DNA from: the human T2T-CHM13v2.0 reference genome, Homo sapiens
Direction: 5' to 3' (one strand)
Assembly (NCBI RefSeq): GCF_009914755.1
Contig: NC_060935.1
Length of the DNA: 64,000 nucleotides
Below are positions 33,008 through 45,994 of the stretch, piece by piece. The translations under genes and the position numbers were made by a program. Each line of letters opens with the position of its first letter. The first letter of the stretch is position 1. Below the pieces are notes generated by a model. The model made no database searches. It had not been told where the DNA came from and worked only from the letters and a program-made list of their open reading frames with translations.

Positions 33008-33449
33008 TGTATTAGGGTTCTCTAGAGGGACAGAATTTATAGGATAGATGTATATATAAAAGGGAGTTTATTAAGGAGCATTAACTCACATGATCACAAG
33101 GTCCCACAGTAGGTCATGTGCAAGCTGAGGAGCAAGGAAGCCAGTTTGAGTTCCAAAGCTGAAGTACTTGGAGTCCGATGTTCAGGGGTAGGAAACATCC
33201 AGCACAGGAGAAAGATGTAGGCTGGCAGGCTAAGCCAGTCTAGTCTCTTCATTTTCTTCTGCCTGCTTTTTATTCTGGCCATGATGGCAGCTGATTAGAT
33301 TGTGCCCACCCAGATTAAGGATGCCTCTGCCTTTCCCAGTCCACTGACTCAAATGTTAATCTCCTTTGGCAACACCCTCACAGACAAACCCAGAAACAAT
33401 ACCTTGCATCCTTCAATCCAATCAAGTTGACACTCAGTATTAACCATCA
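33008..33449 (-). mobile_element. MLT2A1 (HERVL) solo LTR
   Basis: TGTATTAGGGTTCTCTAGAGGGACAGAA...CAATCCAATCAAGTTGACACTCAGTATTAACCATCA, ~440 bp. Confidence 0.88.
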
Positions 33450-34647
33450 GGAGTACTTCAATAGTTATTAAATGTATGGAGGCTTACTTTATGTTCTAAC
33501 ATATAGTCCGTCTTGAAAATGTCCATGACAAAACCACGGCCAACATAATACTGAATGGGAACAGTTGGAAGCATTACCTCTGAGAATTGGAATAAGACAT
33601 GGATGCATGGATGCCCACTCTCACCACTCCTCTTCAACACAGTACTGGAAGTCCTAGCCAGAGCAATCAGACAAGAGAAAGAAACTAAATCAGTAAAGAG
33701 AAATCCAAACTGTCACTGTTTGCTGATGATATGATCATTTAACTTGAAAACCCTAAGGACTCCTCCAGAAAGCTTGTAGAACTGATAAAAGAAGTCAGCA
33801 AAATTTCCAGATACAATATTAATTACACAAATCAGTAGCTCTTCTATACACCAACAGCGATCAAGCAGAGAATCAAATCAAGAACTCAACCCCTTTTACA
33901 ATAGCTGCAAAAAAATTAAAATACTTAGGACTATACCTAACCAAGGAGGTGAAAGACCTCTACAAGGAAAACTACAAAACACTGATGAAAGAAATCATAA
34001 ACAACAAGTACAAATGGAAACACATTTCATGCTCATGGATGCATACAATCAATATTGTGAAAATGACCATACTGCCAAAATCAATGTACAAATTCAATGC
34101 AATCCCCATCAAAATACCACCATCATTCTTCACAGTACTAGAAAAAAAAATTTTAAATTCATATGGAACCAAAAAAAAAATGCCTGCATAGCCGATGCAA
34201 GACTAAGCAAAAAGAACAAATCTGGAGGCATCACACTATCTGATTTCAAACTACACTATAAGGCCATAGTCACCAAAACAGTATGGTACTGGTGTAAAAA
34301 TAGGCACAAAAATCAATGGAACAGAATAGAGAACCCAGAAATAAACCCAAATACTTACAGCCCACTGATCCTCGACAAAGCAAACAAAAACATAAAGTGG
34401 AGAAAGGACACCCTTTTCAACAAATGGTGCTGGGACAATTGGCTAGCCACATGTAGGAGAATGAAACTGGATCCTTATCTTTCACTTTATATAAAAATCA
34501 ACTCAAGATGGATTAAGAACTTAAATCTAAAACCTGAAACTATGAAAATTCTAGAAGATAACATTGGAAAAACCCTTCTAGACACTAGCTTATGCAAGGA
34601 TCTCATGACCAAGAACACAAAAGCAAATGCAATAAAAACAAAGATAA

Positions 34648-34972
34648 GGCCGGGTGCATTGGCTCACGCCTGTAATCCCAGCACTTTGCGAGGCTGAGGC
34701 AGGCAGACCACAAGGTCAGGATATCAAGACCATCCTGGCTAACAGGGTGAAACCCCATCTCTACTAAAAATAAAAATAAAAATAAAAAATAGCTGGGCGT
34801 GGTGGCGGGCACCTGTAGTCCCAGCTACTCAGGAGACTAAGGCAGGAGAATGGCATTAACCAGGAGGTGGAGCTTGCAGTGAGCCGAGATTGCGCCACTG
34901 CACTCCAGCCTGGGTGACAGAGCAAGACTCCATCTAAAAAAATAAATAAATAAAATAAAAATAAAAATAAAT
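34648..34972 (+). mobile_element. AluY SINE
   Basis: Y diagnostics ACCATCCTGGCTAAC, GGAGAATGGC and GGAGCTTGCAGTGAGCCGAGATTGCGCC. Confidence 0.9.
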
Positions 34973-35668
34973 AAATAGCTGGGATCTAATTAAACTAAAG
35001 AGTTCTTGTACGGCAAAAGGAAAAGTTGGCAAAGTAAACAGACAACCCACAGAGTGGGAGAAAATGTTCAAAATCTGTACATCTGACAAAGGACTAATAT
35101 CCAGAATCTACAATGAACTCAAACAAATCAGTAAGAAAAAAAAAAAACAATCCCATCAAAAAGTGGGCTAAGGACATGAATAGACAATTCTCTAAAGAAG
35201 ATATACAAATGGCCAACAAACGTGAAAAAAATGTTCAACATCACTAATAATCAGGGAAATGCAAATCAAAACCACAATATGATACTACCTTATGCCTGCA
35301 AGATTGGCCATAATCAAAAAATCAAAAAACAGTAGATGTTGGCATGGATGTGGTGAACAGGGAACACTTCTACATTGCTGGTGGAAATGCAAACTAGTAC
35401 AGCCACTATGGAAAACAGTGTAGAGATTCCTTAAAGAACTAAAAGTAAAAACTACCATTTGATCCAGCAATCCCACTACTGGGCATCTACCCAGAGGAAA
35501 AGAAGTCATTATTCAAAAAAGTCACTTGCAAATGCATGTTTATAGCAGCACCATTCACAATTGCAAAATTGTGTAACCAACCCAAATCCCCATCAATCAA
35601 CAAGTGGATAAAGAAACCGTGGTATATATATACAATGGAATAGTATGCAGCCATAAAAAGGAATGAGT

Positions 35669-36044
<376 letters not shown>

Positions 36045-37293
36045 TCAGGAATGGAAAACCAAACATCGTATGCCCTCACTGATATGTGGGAGCTAAGCTA
36101 TGAGGACACAAAGGCATAAGAATGATACAATGGACTTTGGGGACTTGCGGGGAAGAGTGGAAAGGGAGACAAGGGATAAAATACTATAAATATGGTGCAG
36201 TGTATACTGCTCGTGTGATGGGTGCACCAAAATCTCACAAATCACCGCTAAAGAACTTACTCATGTAAACAAAGACCATCTGTACTCCAATAACTTATGG
36301 AAAATAAAAACTAAAAAAAAGAAAATGTCCATGAACACTTGAGAAGGAAGTACATTTTGCTTTCATTGAGTGGTACCTTCTATAGAAGTTTGTTGGGTCT
36401 AGGTGGTTTATACTGTCGTCTTTTATTTTCTTGTTGATCTTCTTAGTTGTTTTATTTATTAAACGTAGGGTAATGATGTCTCCAACTATATTTTTAAATT
36501 GCTTATTTCTCTTTTCAGTTCTGTTCACTTATGCTATATATTTTGGAGCTCTCTTGTTATAAACATAAATGATTATAATTGCTGTCTCTGTGCTGGATCA
36601 ATTATTTATTATTGTAAAAGTTCCTTCTTTGTTTCTAATAACACTTTTTGCCTTAAATTCTATTTTGGCTTTTGTCAATGTAGTGACTGTCTTTGGCTTA
36701 CTGTCTGCACTGTAAATCTTTTGTTTACTTTCAACCTATCTATGTCTTTTAATATAAAATGTGTCACTTGTAGACAGCATATATTTGAGTCATTTTATAT
36801 CTATTCTGTCAGTCTCTGTCTTTCCATTAGAATGTGTTTAAACTATTTTCATGTCATATAACTAATAAGCTATAATTTACACCTGCCATTTTTTATATTT
36901 GTTTCCTATATGTCTTATGTCCTTTTGGTTTCTCTGTTTCAGAGTTCTTGATTACTTTCCTATTAAACATATACTTTTTGGGGTTATATCATTTTGATTA
37001 CCTTCTTGTTTATTTCACTATATTTTAAAAAATATTTTCTTTTTGGCTTCCCTGAAGTCTCAGTTAGCTTTTAAACAATTCAATTTAGTTCAGTTTAACA
37101 CAAATTTAATTTCAATAGTATACATAATTTTCTTGCATTGTAGCTTTGCCCCTCATTTTTGTGCTATTATTGTCAAACAAATTGCATCTTTTGATTAACA
37201 CATTTTTATATTTGTTGCTGCATGTAGCTGTGTTTTAAATTACGTAGTAAAAGAAAAGGGCTGTAAGCAAAATACATTTACACCACCCTATCC

Positions 37294-37840
37294 TTATAAT
37301 GTTTAATTTTAAATGTCAACTGCACTGGATTAAAGACTACCTAGAGAACAGGCAAATTATTATTTCTGGGTGTGTCTGTGCTGGTGTTTCCAGAGGATAT
37401 TGTCATGTGAGTCAGTGGACCAAGTGAGGAAGATCCACTCTCAGTGTGGGTGGGCATCATCCAATATGCTGGGTACATAAATTGAAAAAAAAGTAGAGTA
37501 ATGGAAAATCTCTCTCTCTCTGCCTGTCTTTTTCTTATTCTTTCTCTGCCTCTCTCTCCTTCTCCCCCCTCCCCCTCTCTCTCTCACATTCTCTCCTGGA
37601 GCTGGGAAACTTTTTTTTTTCACATTTGGATATCAGAATGACAGGCTTTCTGGCCTCTGGAGTCCAGGAAATACACCAGCAGATCTCTCAATCCTCAAGC
37701 TGTTAGCCTTAAACTGAGAGTTCCATCATTAGCTTCCCTGGTTCTTGAGGGTTTAAGACTTGGATGGAGCCATACTACCAGCATCCCAGTGTCTCCAACT
37801 TCTAGACAGCTTATCATGAAACTTTTTGGCCCTCATAATG
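37294..37840 (+). mobile_element. MLT2B-like ERVL LTR (3'-truncated) with internal CT-rich tract
   Basis: AATGTCAACTGCACTGGATTAA...CTGGGTGTGTCTGTG...GAGTCAGTGGAC...GGAAGATCCACTCTCAGTGTGGGTGGGCATCATCC. Confidence 0.75.
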
Positions 37841-38233
37841 GAGTACATTCTCCAATTGAAATATATAGAACAGCTGAATGGATAAAAATTAAGACCCAAC
37901 TATATGCTACTCACAAGAGATTTACCTCAGTGTTAAAGACAAGCATACACTGAAAGTAAAAGGATGGGAAAAAATATTTCATGGAAAGAAAATCAAAAGC
38001 AGATGTAAACAGCCAACTTACCTCAAATAAAATAGATTTTAAGTCAAAAACTGTAAAAAGAGACTAAGAAGTTCATATAATGATAAAGATAAATTTAAAA
38101 AGGGAGTATAAAATTGTTAATTACATCTATAAGCAAATTTAGAGCACTTAGATATATAAAGCAAATATTATTAGACATAATGGGAGATAAACTGGAATAC
38201 AATAACAGTAGGGAAAATCAGCAGCCCACTTTA

Positions 38234-38592
38234 TTTATTTTTTTAACTTTTTCTTAAATTAAGTTTTTATTTTTATTTTACTTATTTATTTATTTTTATT
38301 GAGGCAGGGTTTCACTTTGTCACTCAGGCTGGAGTGCAGTGGTGCAATCTTGGCTCACTGCAGCCTCAACCTCCTGGCTTCAAGCAATCCTCCTGCCTCA
38401 GTCCACAAGTAGCTGGGACTAGAGGCACACAACACCATTCCTGGCTTTTTTGTTTGTTTGTTTTATATTTTTTGCAGAGACAGGGTTTCACCATGTTGCT
38501 CATGCTAGTCCCAAATGCCTGAGCTCAAGAGATCCACTTGGCTTGGCCTCCCAAAGTGCTAAGATTATGGGTGTGAGCCATCACACTCAGCC
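38234..38592 (-). mobile_element. AluJ SINE with long AT-rich tail
   Basis: J-type CACTGCAGCCTCAACCTCC...CAAGCAATCCTCC. TSD CAGCCCACTTTA. Confidence 0.9.
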
Positions 38593-40968
38593 AACAGCCC
38601 ACTTTAAAGAGTGGATAGATCATGCAGACAAAAAAATCAGCAAACTAACACTATACTTAAACTTCAGTATAGATAAAATAAACCTAACAGACACTTGCAG
38701 AACATTTCATCCAACAGTTGCAGAATACACATCTTATTCAACTGCATATGGATCATTCTGCAGGATAGAGTACATGGTAGCCCACAAAAGAAGTCTGAAA
38801 ATTTTAAGATAGGCATTATATTAAGTGTATTTTCTGACCACAATGGTATAAAACAGTATCAATGACAAGAAAAACTTCAGAAATTTTACAAATAAATGGA
38901 AATGAAACAACATGATTCTAAACAACTCATGGGTCAATGAAGAAATGTAAAGGAAATTATAAATTTCCTTGAGACAAATGAGAATGAAGCTATACCATAC
39001 CAAAACGTATGGAACAAAGCAAAAGCAGTCTAAGAGAGATGTTTATAGCAATAAATGCCTACATCAAAAAAGAAGAAAGATTTCTAATAAACAACCTAAA
39101 GATGTAACTCAAGAAACTAGAAGAACAAAAATTAACTAAACCCAAAATTTGTAGAAGAAAGAAAAGTATAAAGCTCAGAGCCGAAATAAACAAAATACAC
39201 ACTAAAATAATGCAATTCGAAAGATCAATGGAATGAAGAGTTTGTTTGTTGAAAAGATAAACAAAATCAATCAACCTCGAGCTAGACTAATAAAAAATAA
39301 AAAAAGTCAAGTAAATAAATCAGGGATGTAAAAAGAGATATTACAATGGATACCACAAAAATACAAAGGACTATAAAAGCTATTATTGACAACTATACAA
39401 GAACAAATTTGATAATATAGAAAAAATGGAAAAATTTCTGGACACATTCCAACAACCAAGATTAAATTAAAAAATAGAAAACTTGAACAGACTAACAATC
39501 AGTAAGAAAATGAAATCACAGATAAAAAGGTTTCCATCAAAGAAAAGCCCAGAAGCTGATGGCTTCACTGAAGGATTTCATCAAAGATTTAAAGAACCAA
39601 TACCAATTTTCCTCAAACTACTTCAGCAATTTAAAGATAAAAACATTTTTTCCAAAGTAATTTTATGAAGTCAACATTACCCTGATTCCCAAACCAAAGA
39701 AACACACACACACAAGAAAACTAAGGGCCAGTATCCCTACTGAATATAGATGCAAAAATTCTCAGGAGATACTAGCAAACTCAATTTAACAGTACATAAA
39801 AAATACTATCCATTATGATAATAGTGGGATTCATCCCGGAGATGCAAGGATGGTTTAACTTATGCAAATCAATAAACATGATATATTACATTAAAATAAA
39901 GAATGGCAATAAAACATGATTGTTTTAATAAATGCAGAAAATGAAATTAATAAAATTCACATCCTTTCAAAATTAAAAACTTTCAACAAATTAGGTATAG
40001 AATGTCTATACCTCAACACAATAAAGGTTGTATATGACAAATCCACAGCTAACATCATATCAAATGGAGGAGGGCAGGAAGATTTTCCTGCAAGGTTATG
40101 AACAAAACAAGGATGCTCATTTTCACCACTTCTAATCAATAAAATACTGGAAGTTCTAGCCAGTTAAAGTAAGCAAGAGAAAGAAATAAAAATCTTCCAA
40201 ATTAGAAAGGAAGAGGTCAGATTTTCCCTGTTTGCGGAAAACATGATCTTAACTATACAAAGCCATAATAACTTCATGAACAAATTATTGGAACTAATAA
40301 ATGCAGTAAAGTTGCAGAAAATAAAATCAACATAAAAAATCAGTAGCATTTTAATTCACAAATAGTGAACTATCTGAAAAAGAAATCAGAATAATAATTT
40401 AATTTACAATATCTAAAAAAAAAAACAAACCTAGAATTAAACTTAACTAAGGAGATGAAAGATCTCCACACTGAAAACTACCAAATTTTGATGAAAGAAA
40501 ATAAAAAGGCCACAAATAAATGAAATGATATCGTGTGTTCATGGATTACAATAATTAAAGTTTTCAACATACTAATGCTTCCCAAAGCAACGTATACATT
40601 TAATGCTATCTCTGTTAAAATACCAATGATATTCTTTACATAAATAGAAAAAAATCCAAAAATTTATATGATACCACAAAATGTATCAAATATCTAAAGC
40701 AACTTTGAGCAAATAGAAAAAGATGGAGGAATCACACTACTTGACTTCACTACAAAGCATCACTAGCCCAAACACAGCATGGTTCAGGCATAAAAACAGA
40801 CCCATAGGTCAATGGAGCAGAATAGATAGCTCAGAAGCAAATTTATCCACCTACAGCCAACTAAATTTTGGCAAAGATGCCAAGAACACACATTGGGGAA
40901 ACGACAATCTCTTCAATAAATGACACTGGGGAAATCTGATATCCACACGCAGAAGAATAAAACTGGAC

Positions 40969-42120
40969 TGAGAGGTGACAACATGCTAGCAGCCCTGGCT
41001 CCCTCTTGGCGCCTCCTCGGCCTGGGCATCCACTCTGGCCACACTCCAGGAGCCCTTCAGCCTGCTGCTGTGCTGTTGGGGCCCTTCTCTGGTGCTGGCT
41101 GAGGCCAGAGCCGACTCCCTCTGCTCTAGGGGAGGTGTGGAGGGAGAAGCGCGGGCAGGAGCTGGGGCTGGGCACCGCGCTCAGGGGCCAGCACGTGTTC
41201 AGGGTGGGTGCTGGCTCAGCAGGCCCCGCACTTGGTGCAGCTGGCCAGCACCTGCTGGGCTTGATCAGAGGCTGGGTCCAGTGCATGGACCGCCATTCCC
41301 TCTTCGTGGGGTTGTTGGCCACGATGGCGGGTCTGTGTCTCTTTCTCACTTCCCCTCTTTTCCTCTTGGTTGTCTGGGACAAGCTCCCTCTGGGCTGCTG
41401 GAGTGCCGGGCTAGGTGCTGCAAAGTCCCCTGGCAAGTGCCAGTGAGAGATGAAGCCGGCTAGGCTTCTGGGAACCCTGGGGACTTGGAGAACTTTTCCG
41501 TCTAGCTAAAGGATTATAAATGCAACAATCAGCATGCTGTGTCTGGCTAAAGGTTTGTAAACACACCAATCAGCGCTCTGTGTCTAGCTAATTGGGTGGG
41601 GACTTGGAGAACTTTTGTGTCTAGCTAAAGGATTGTAGATGCACCCATCAGCACTCTGTCAAAACAGACCAATCAGCTCTCTGTAAAACTGACCAATCAG
41701 CTCTCTGTAAAATGGACCAATCAGCTTTCTGTAAAATGGACCAATCTGCAGGATGTGGGTGGGGCCAGATAAGGGAATAAAAGCAGGTTGCATGCACCGT
41801 CAGCAGGAACCTCCTCAGGTCCCCTTTCACACTGTGGAAGCTTTGTTCTTTTGCTCTTCACAATAAATCTTGCTGCTGCTCACTCTTTGGGTCCGTGCTG
41901 CCTTTATGAGCTGTAACACTCACCACGAAGGTCTACAGCTTCACTCCTGAAGGCAGGGAGACCACAAACCCACCAGAAGGAAGAAACGCTGGACACATGT
42001 GAACATCTGAAGGAACAAACTCTGGACACATCACCATTAAGAACTGTAACACTCACCGCGAGGGTCCGCGGCTTCATTCTTGAAGTCAACGAGACCAAGA
42101 ACCCATGAATTCTGGAAACA
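40969..42120 (+). mobile_element. LTR12-family (HERV9/ERV9) solo LTR, 1152 bp
   Basis: TG...CA termini (TGAGAGGTGACAAC...TTCTGGAAACA). 4-bp TSD GGAC at 40965-40968 and 42121-42124. CCAAT repeats in U3 and CTGTAACACTCACC repeats in U5. Confidence 0.95.
41560..41790 (+). promoter_or_regulatory. LTR12 U3 promoter core: CCAAT (NF-Y) array, GATA site and AATAAA TATA variant
   Basis: CCAAT at 41566, 41669, 41693, 41717 and 41741 (24-bp period for the last four). AGATAA at 41767. AATAAAA at 41776. This matches the known ERV9 LTR promoter layout. Confidence 0.7.
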
Positions 42121-42250
42121 GGACCACTATCTTTTACCATACACAAAAATCAATGCCAAATGGATTAAAGACGTAAATGTAAAACTTGAAACTATGAAAT
42201 TATTAGAAGAAAACATAGGGGAAATGCTTCAGGACATTTGACTGGACAAG

Positions 42251-42479
42251 TTTGTTTGTTTGTTTGAGATGGAGTCTTGCTTTTTCGTCCAGGCTAGAGT
42301 GCAGTGATGCAATGTCAGCTACAGGCACCTGCCACCACACCCCACTAATTTTTTTGTATTTTTAGTAGAGACGGTTTCACCGTGTTGGCCAGGATGGTCT
42401 CAATCTCCTGACCTCGTGGTCTGCCCGTCTCGGCCTCCCAAAGTGCTGGGATTACAGGAGTGAGCCACTGCACCTGGCC
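42251..42479 (-). mobile_element. AluSc/Y-like SINE with an internal deletion of about 65-70 bp in the right arm
   Basis: TCAGCT joins directly to ACAGGCACC at ~42320. TSD CT(G/A)GACAAG. Confidence 0.88.
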
Positions 42480-44499
42480 CTAGACAAGCATTTTTTTAAG
42501 AACTTAAAAGCACAGGAAACAAAAGCAAAAATCAACAAATGGGATTACATCAACATCAAATTAAAAAGCTTTTGCACAGCAAACTAAACTATTAACAGAA
42601 TGAAGAGACAACCTAAAAATGGGAGAAAATATTTGCAACCATACATCTGACAAGGGGTTACTATCTAAAATATATCAGAGAATCAGACGACTTAATAGCA
42701 AAACAACAACAAACAAAAAATCAGATTTAAAAATAAAAACTTTAAGAGACATTTCTGAAAAGAAGACGCACAAATGGCCACCAGGTATATAAAAAATGGT
42801 CAACATCACTAATCATCAGGGAAATGCAAATCAAAACCACAGTGATATATCACTATTCTAGTTAAAATGGCTATTATCAAAAAGACAAAAGAAAACAAGT
42901 GTTGGTGAGGCTGTGTAGAAAATCAAAAAGACAAAAGAAAACAAGTGTTGGTGAGCTGTTGGTAGGATTCTAAACTAGTATAGCCATTATGGAAAATTGT
43001 ATAAAATCTCCTCAAAAAATTAAATATAGAACTACCATATGAACCAGCAATCCCATTCCTGGGTATACATCCAAAGAAAATAAAATAAGTTTGTCAAAAA
43101 CATATATCAACCTCCATGTTCACTGCAGAACTATATACAATAGCCAAGATATGGAATTAAGCTAAGTATCAAACAATGACTAAGATACATACACACAATG
43201 GAATACCATTCAGCCATAAAAAGAATGAATTATTGTCATTTGTGCCAGGATGGATGAAACGGAAGGACATTATGTTAAACGAATTAAGGCAGACATAATA
43301 AGGTAAATACCACATGATTACACCCATATGTGGAACCTAATTTTTTTAAGTTGATATTATCAAAGCAGAAACTGAGGACTGAAGTGAGAAGAAGAGGATT
43401 GAGAGAGGTTGTTCAATGGGTTCAAGTTATAATTTAATAGCATAAAATATTCTGATGTTCTATTGCACAATAGACTGAATATAGTTAACAATAAAATATT
43501 GTATTTTTCAAAATTGTTAGAAGAGAGGATTTAAAATGTTTTCACCTTAAATAAATGATAAATGCCTGAGGTGATTGTTATACTAATTACCCTGGTTGTA
43601 TTATTATCTAACATAAGTATGCATCAAAACATCAAATTGTATCTCGTAGATATATACAATTACAATGTGTCAATTAAAATAAACCAACACTAAAGATCGG
43701 AGTAAATGTGTCAGCTCTGGATATAGAACAACCTTTAAATTCATTTTATAAATATACTCTTCTGACAAATTTTGGAGGTTTTCAGTGCAAGAATCTGTAG
43801 CTACCAACAGAACCTCAATGAAAATAATTTAAATAGTTAATATTAAGAAGTTAAACTCAGCAGTGCTATCAAAATAGGCAGCTTATCTTCTCCAACACAG
43901 GGGATAACCATTCATCTGGTAGGCAATTGGCTTAAGTCTACCAATGCTGGATTGAAAGAACAAAACCTTAATAATATTATTGGGGAATATTTCCTTCCAA
44001 TTCCTGTTGCTTCTTCTATGTGAAGGGACTTTTACTTATGTAACAAGGCTGCACTTTTTAAACCAATCTTCTAATCATAATATCTGAGAAGATAAGTAAC
44101 TTAGCTGATTGTTATGTTTGAAAATAGATACTTTGCATACCAGTCTATACCATTTTCTCCCCTTTTTTTGGGAACAGACCTGCTTGTAGGAATCAAGACC
44201 TCTGCTCCTACAAGCTGAGAGTTTTATTAGAAAGCTACTCATTGGAAGAGTATTTTAGTAGTGAATAAGTCATTGCCTTATTAATTATTTTCTTCAATGC
44301 AAATAAGTCAAATCGGATCTAGGTCCAAGTCACATTCTTCAGTATCACTGTTAGTTTTCAGTTGGCTCAGAACTTGAGCACAGAAGTGGGTATTTATTGG
44401 GCCCTCTCAAAGTCTCTCCTTGTATCTTTTGTTAAATATTATTCTGTTAGAATGTGAAAAGTAAAAATGCAATGCAACAAAAACCTAATGGCAGAGTTC

Positions 44500-44720
44500 C
44501 AAAAAATTATAATAACAAGAAAATCTGTTTACAAAGATTTAAGCTTGAGAGTCAAATCTATTATCTCTTCAGTTTTGTGACTTTGAGCAGTTCACATAAA
44601 CTCTACAAGTCTCCAATTTCATCACCTTTAACATAAAAATATAGTTATACTTTTTCACATTTTGGAGTTATTAAAATGAGATAAAGATTCTGAAAATATG
44701 TTTTGAGATTTTTAACAGTA
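44500..44720 (+). mobile_element. MIR fragment
   Basis: GTGACTTTGAGCAGTTCACATAAACTCT...ATTAAAATGAGATAA. Confidence 0.55.
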
Positions 44721-44929
44721 TAAAAACATAATTATATTGGGATTGGCATTGAGAGTTTGGGAATACAATATACCTAGCCAGAGGTAAATGAAATACAGAG
44801 TATTCATCAAAAACATTGATAATGAATGAATAGAGGGTACCAAATGAGAAAGGTAAACTCAGGTAAGCTGGAAGAGTAGCATAAATCTTAAGGAATAACT
44901 CTTAAATTGAACTTCAATCCTTGGTTTCA

Positions 44930-45040
44930 TTATTTCTCTTCCCCACCAGACTATGAGCACAAAATGTCTTATTTATCTTTGTTTTCCCAGTGCCTGACAC
45001 AGGGTAGGCCCTCAATAAATTTGGTTTAATTGAATTGACT
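44930..45040 (+). mobile_element. L2 3' terminus
   Basis: TCCCAGTGCCTGACACAGGGTAGGCCCTCAATAAAT. Confidence 0.65.
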
Positions 45041-45339
45041 GACTGAAGATAAACAATCAGGTTAATGAATGCATGCCAGATCCTCTTTACTTGCAGGTTA
45101 TACCAAGTAGAGAAGCAATTATCAGACCAGAGATAAAGCCCAGCTACAAGAAGAGAGAAGAGTTTGTCCTGTGCTCCTTTGCTGCCTATAACCTGATTTT
45201 AATGCTATATTATATTTTAGACGTTGTGCTGGCTACTGAGGATACAGAAAATATTAAAAGATGTCTTTTGACTTTAAGAAGCTTAGATTCTTGTGGTTTA
45301 GAAACTGTATTAAATGCAATCTCTGAGATATGCATGAGA

Positions 45340-45590
45340 ATAGCAATTTACTGAGCAGTTTCTCTGTGACAGACATTGCACATGGATATTTCAAGCATTA
45401 TCACTTTAAATTCACACATCAAGTCCATGTGATTGTTTGTGAATGCTTTATAGATAAAGAACTGAAGCTTAGAGAAGTTATTTAATTTTTCCAGGATAGA
45501 AAGCTTTGAAAATGACTAAGCCAACATTTAAAATACATTTGCTGGACTCCAAACGTAGTGCTCCTTCCAGTGTTATGCAATGCCCCCCAT
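45340..45590 (-). mobile_element. MIR SINE
   Basis: ATTTACTGAGCA...TATAGATAAAGAACTGAAGCTTAGAGAAGTTA...GACTCCAAA. Confidence 0.6.
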
Positions 45591-45994
45591 AAAGAAATTA
45601 TGAAGTGCCATGGGAAAGAGCAGATGAAAATGGGAAAATATAGAGTGATAAACTCAATGTTAGGAAAGGCTTTCATGATAAGATGTCTTCCTCCTCAAGA
45701 AGATGTGCATTTTAAAATAGCATTGTGGAGAAAAGTCAATAACTAGAGTTACTACCAATATATTTGAGGTAGAGGTTTCTTTGTGAGGGCTCTCAAATCA
45801 TTACATGTGCACCCAGGCCCCAGCAGAGAACAGCCATCTGGGAGGCAATGGTCATGAAGAGCTTGGGGTGAAATCATACTTCCTTTGACAGTATTCTATG
45901 CCATAGAGTTGGCTCATATTTTTCCCCTGGGAAAGACTGTTGTTCAGAGAACATGTCACTGACAAACATTTATCTCTTTTTTAAAAAACAGTAT

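Larger units (their letters stand above)
37845..43683 (+). mobile_element. L1MA (about MA5/6) ORF2 plus 3'UTR, decayed; interrupted by AluJ, LTR12 and a deleted Alu
   Basis: Begins near the ORF2 endonuclease start (GAATGGATAAAAA...GACCCAACTATATGC). Remnant peptides KKSPEADGFT, DKSTANII and HWGNDNLFNK. L1MA 3'UTR ends CAATGTGTCAATTAAAATAAA. Confidence 0.85.

Noticed and set aside
34014-34697. 227-aa ORF resembling a reverse-transcriptase protein C-terminal region
   Set aside because: Frameshifted L1PB1 ORF2 remnant running into an AluY. The element is 5'-truncated and inactive.
40861-41463. Overlapping 123-191 aa ORFs
   Set aside because: They lie in the GC-rich LTR12 U3, where stop codons are scarce. 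Not genes.
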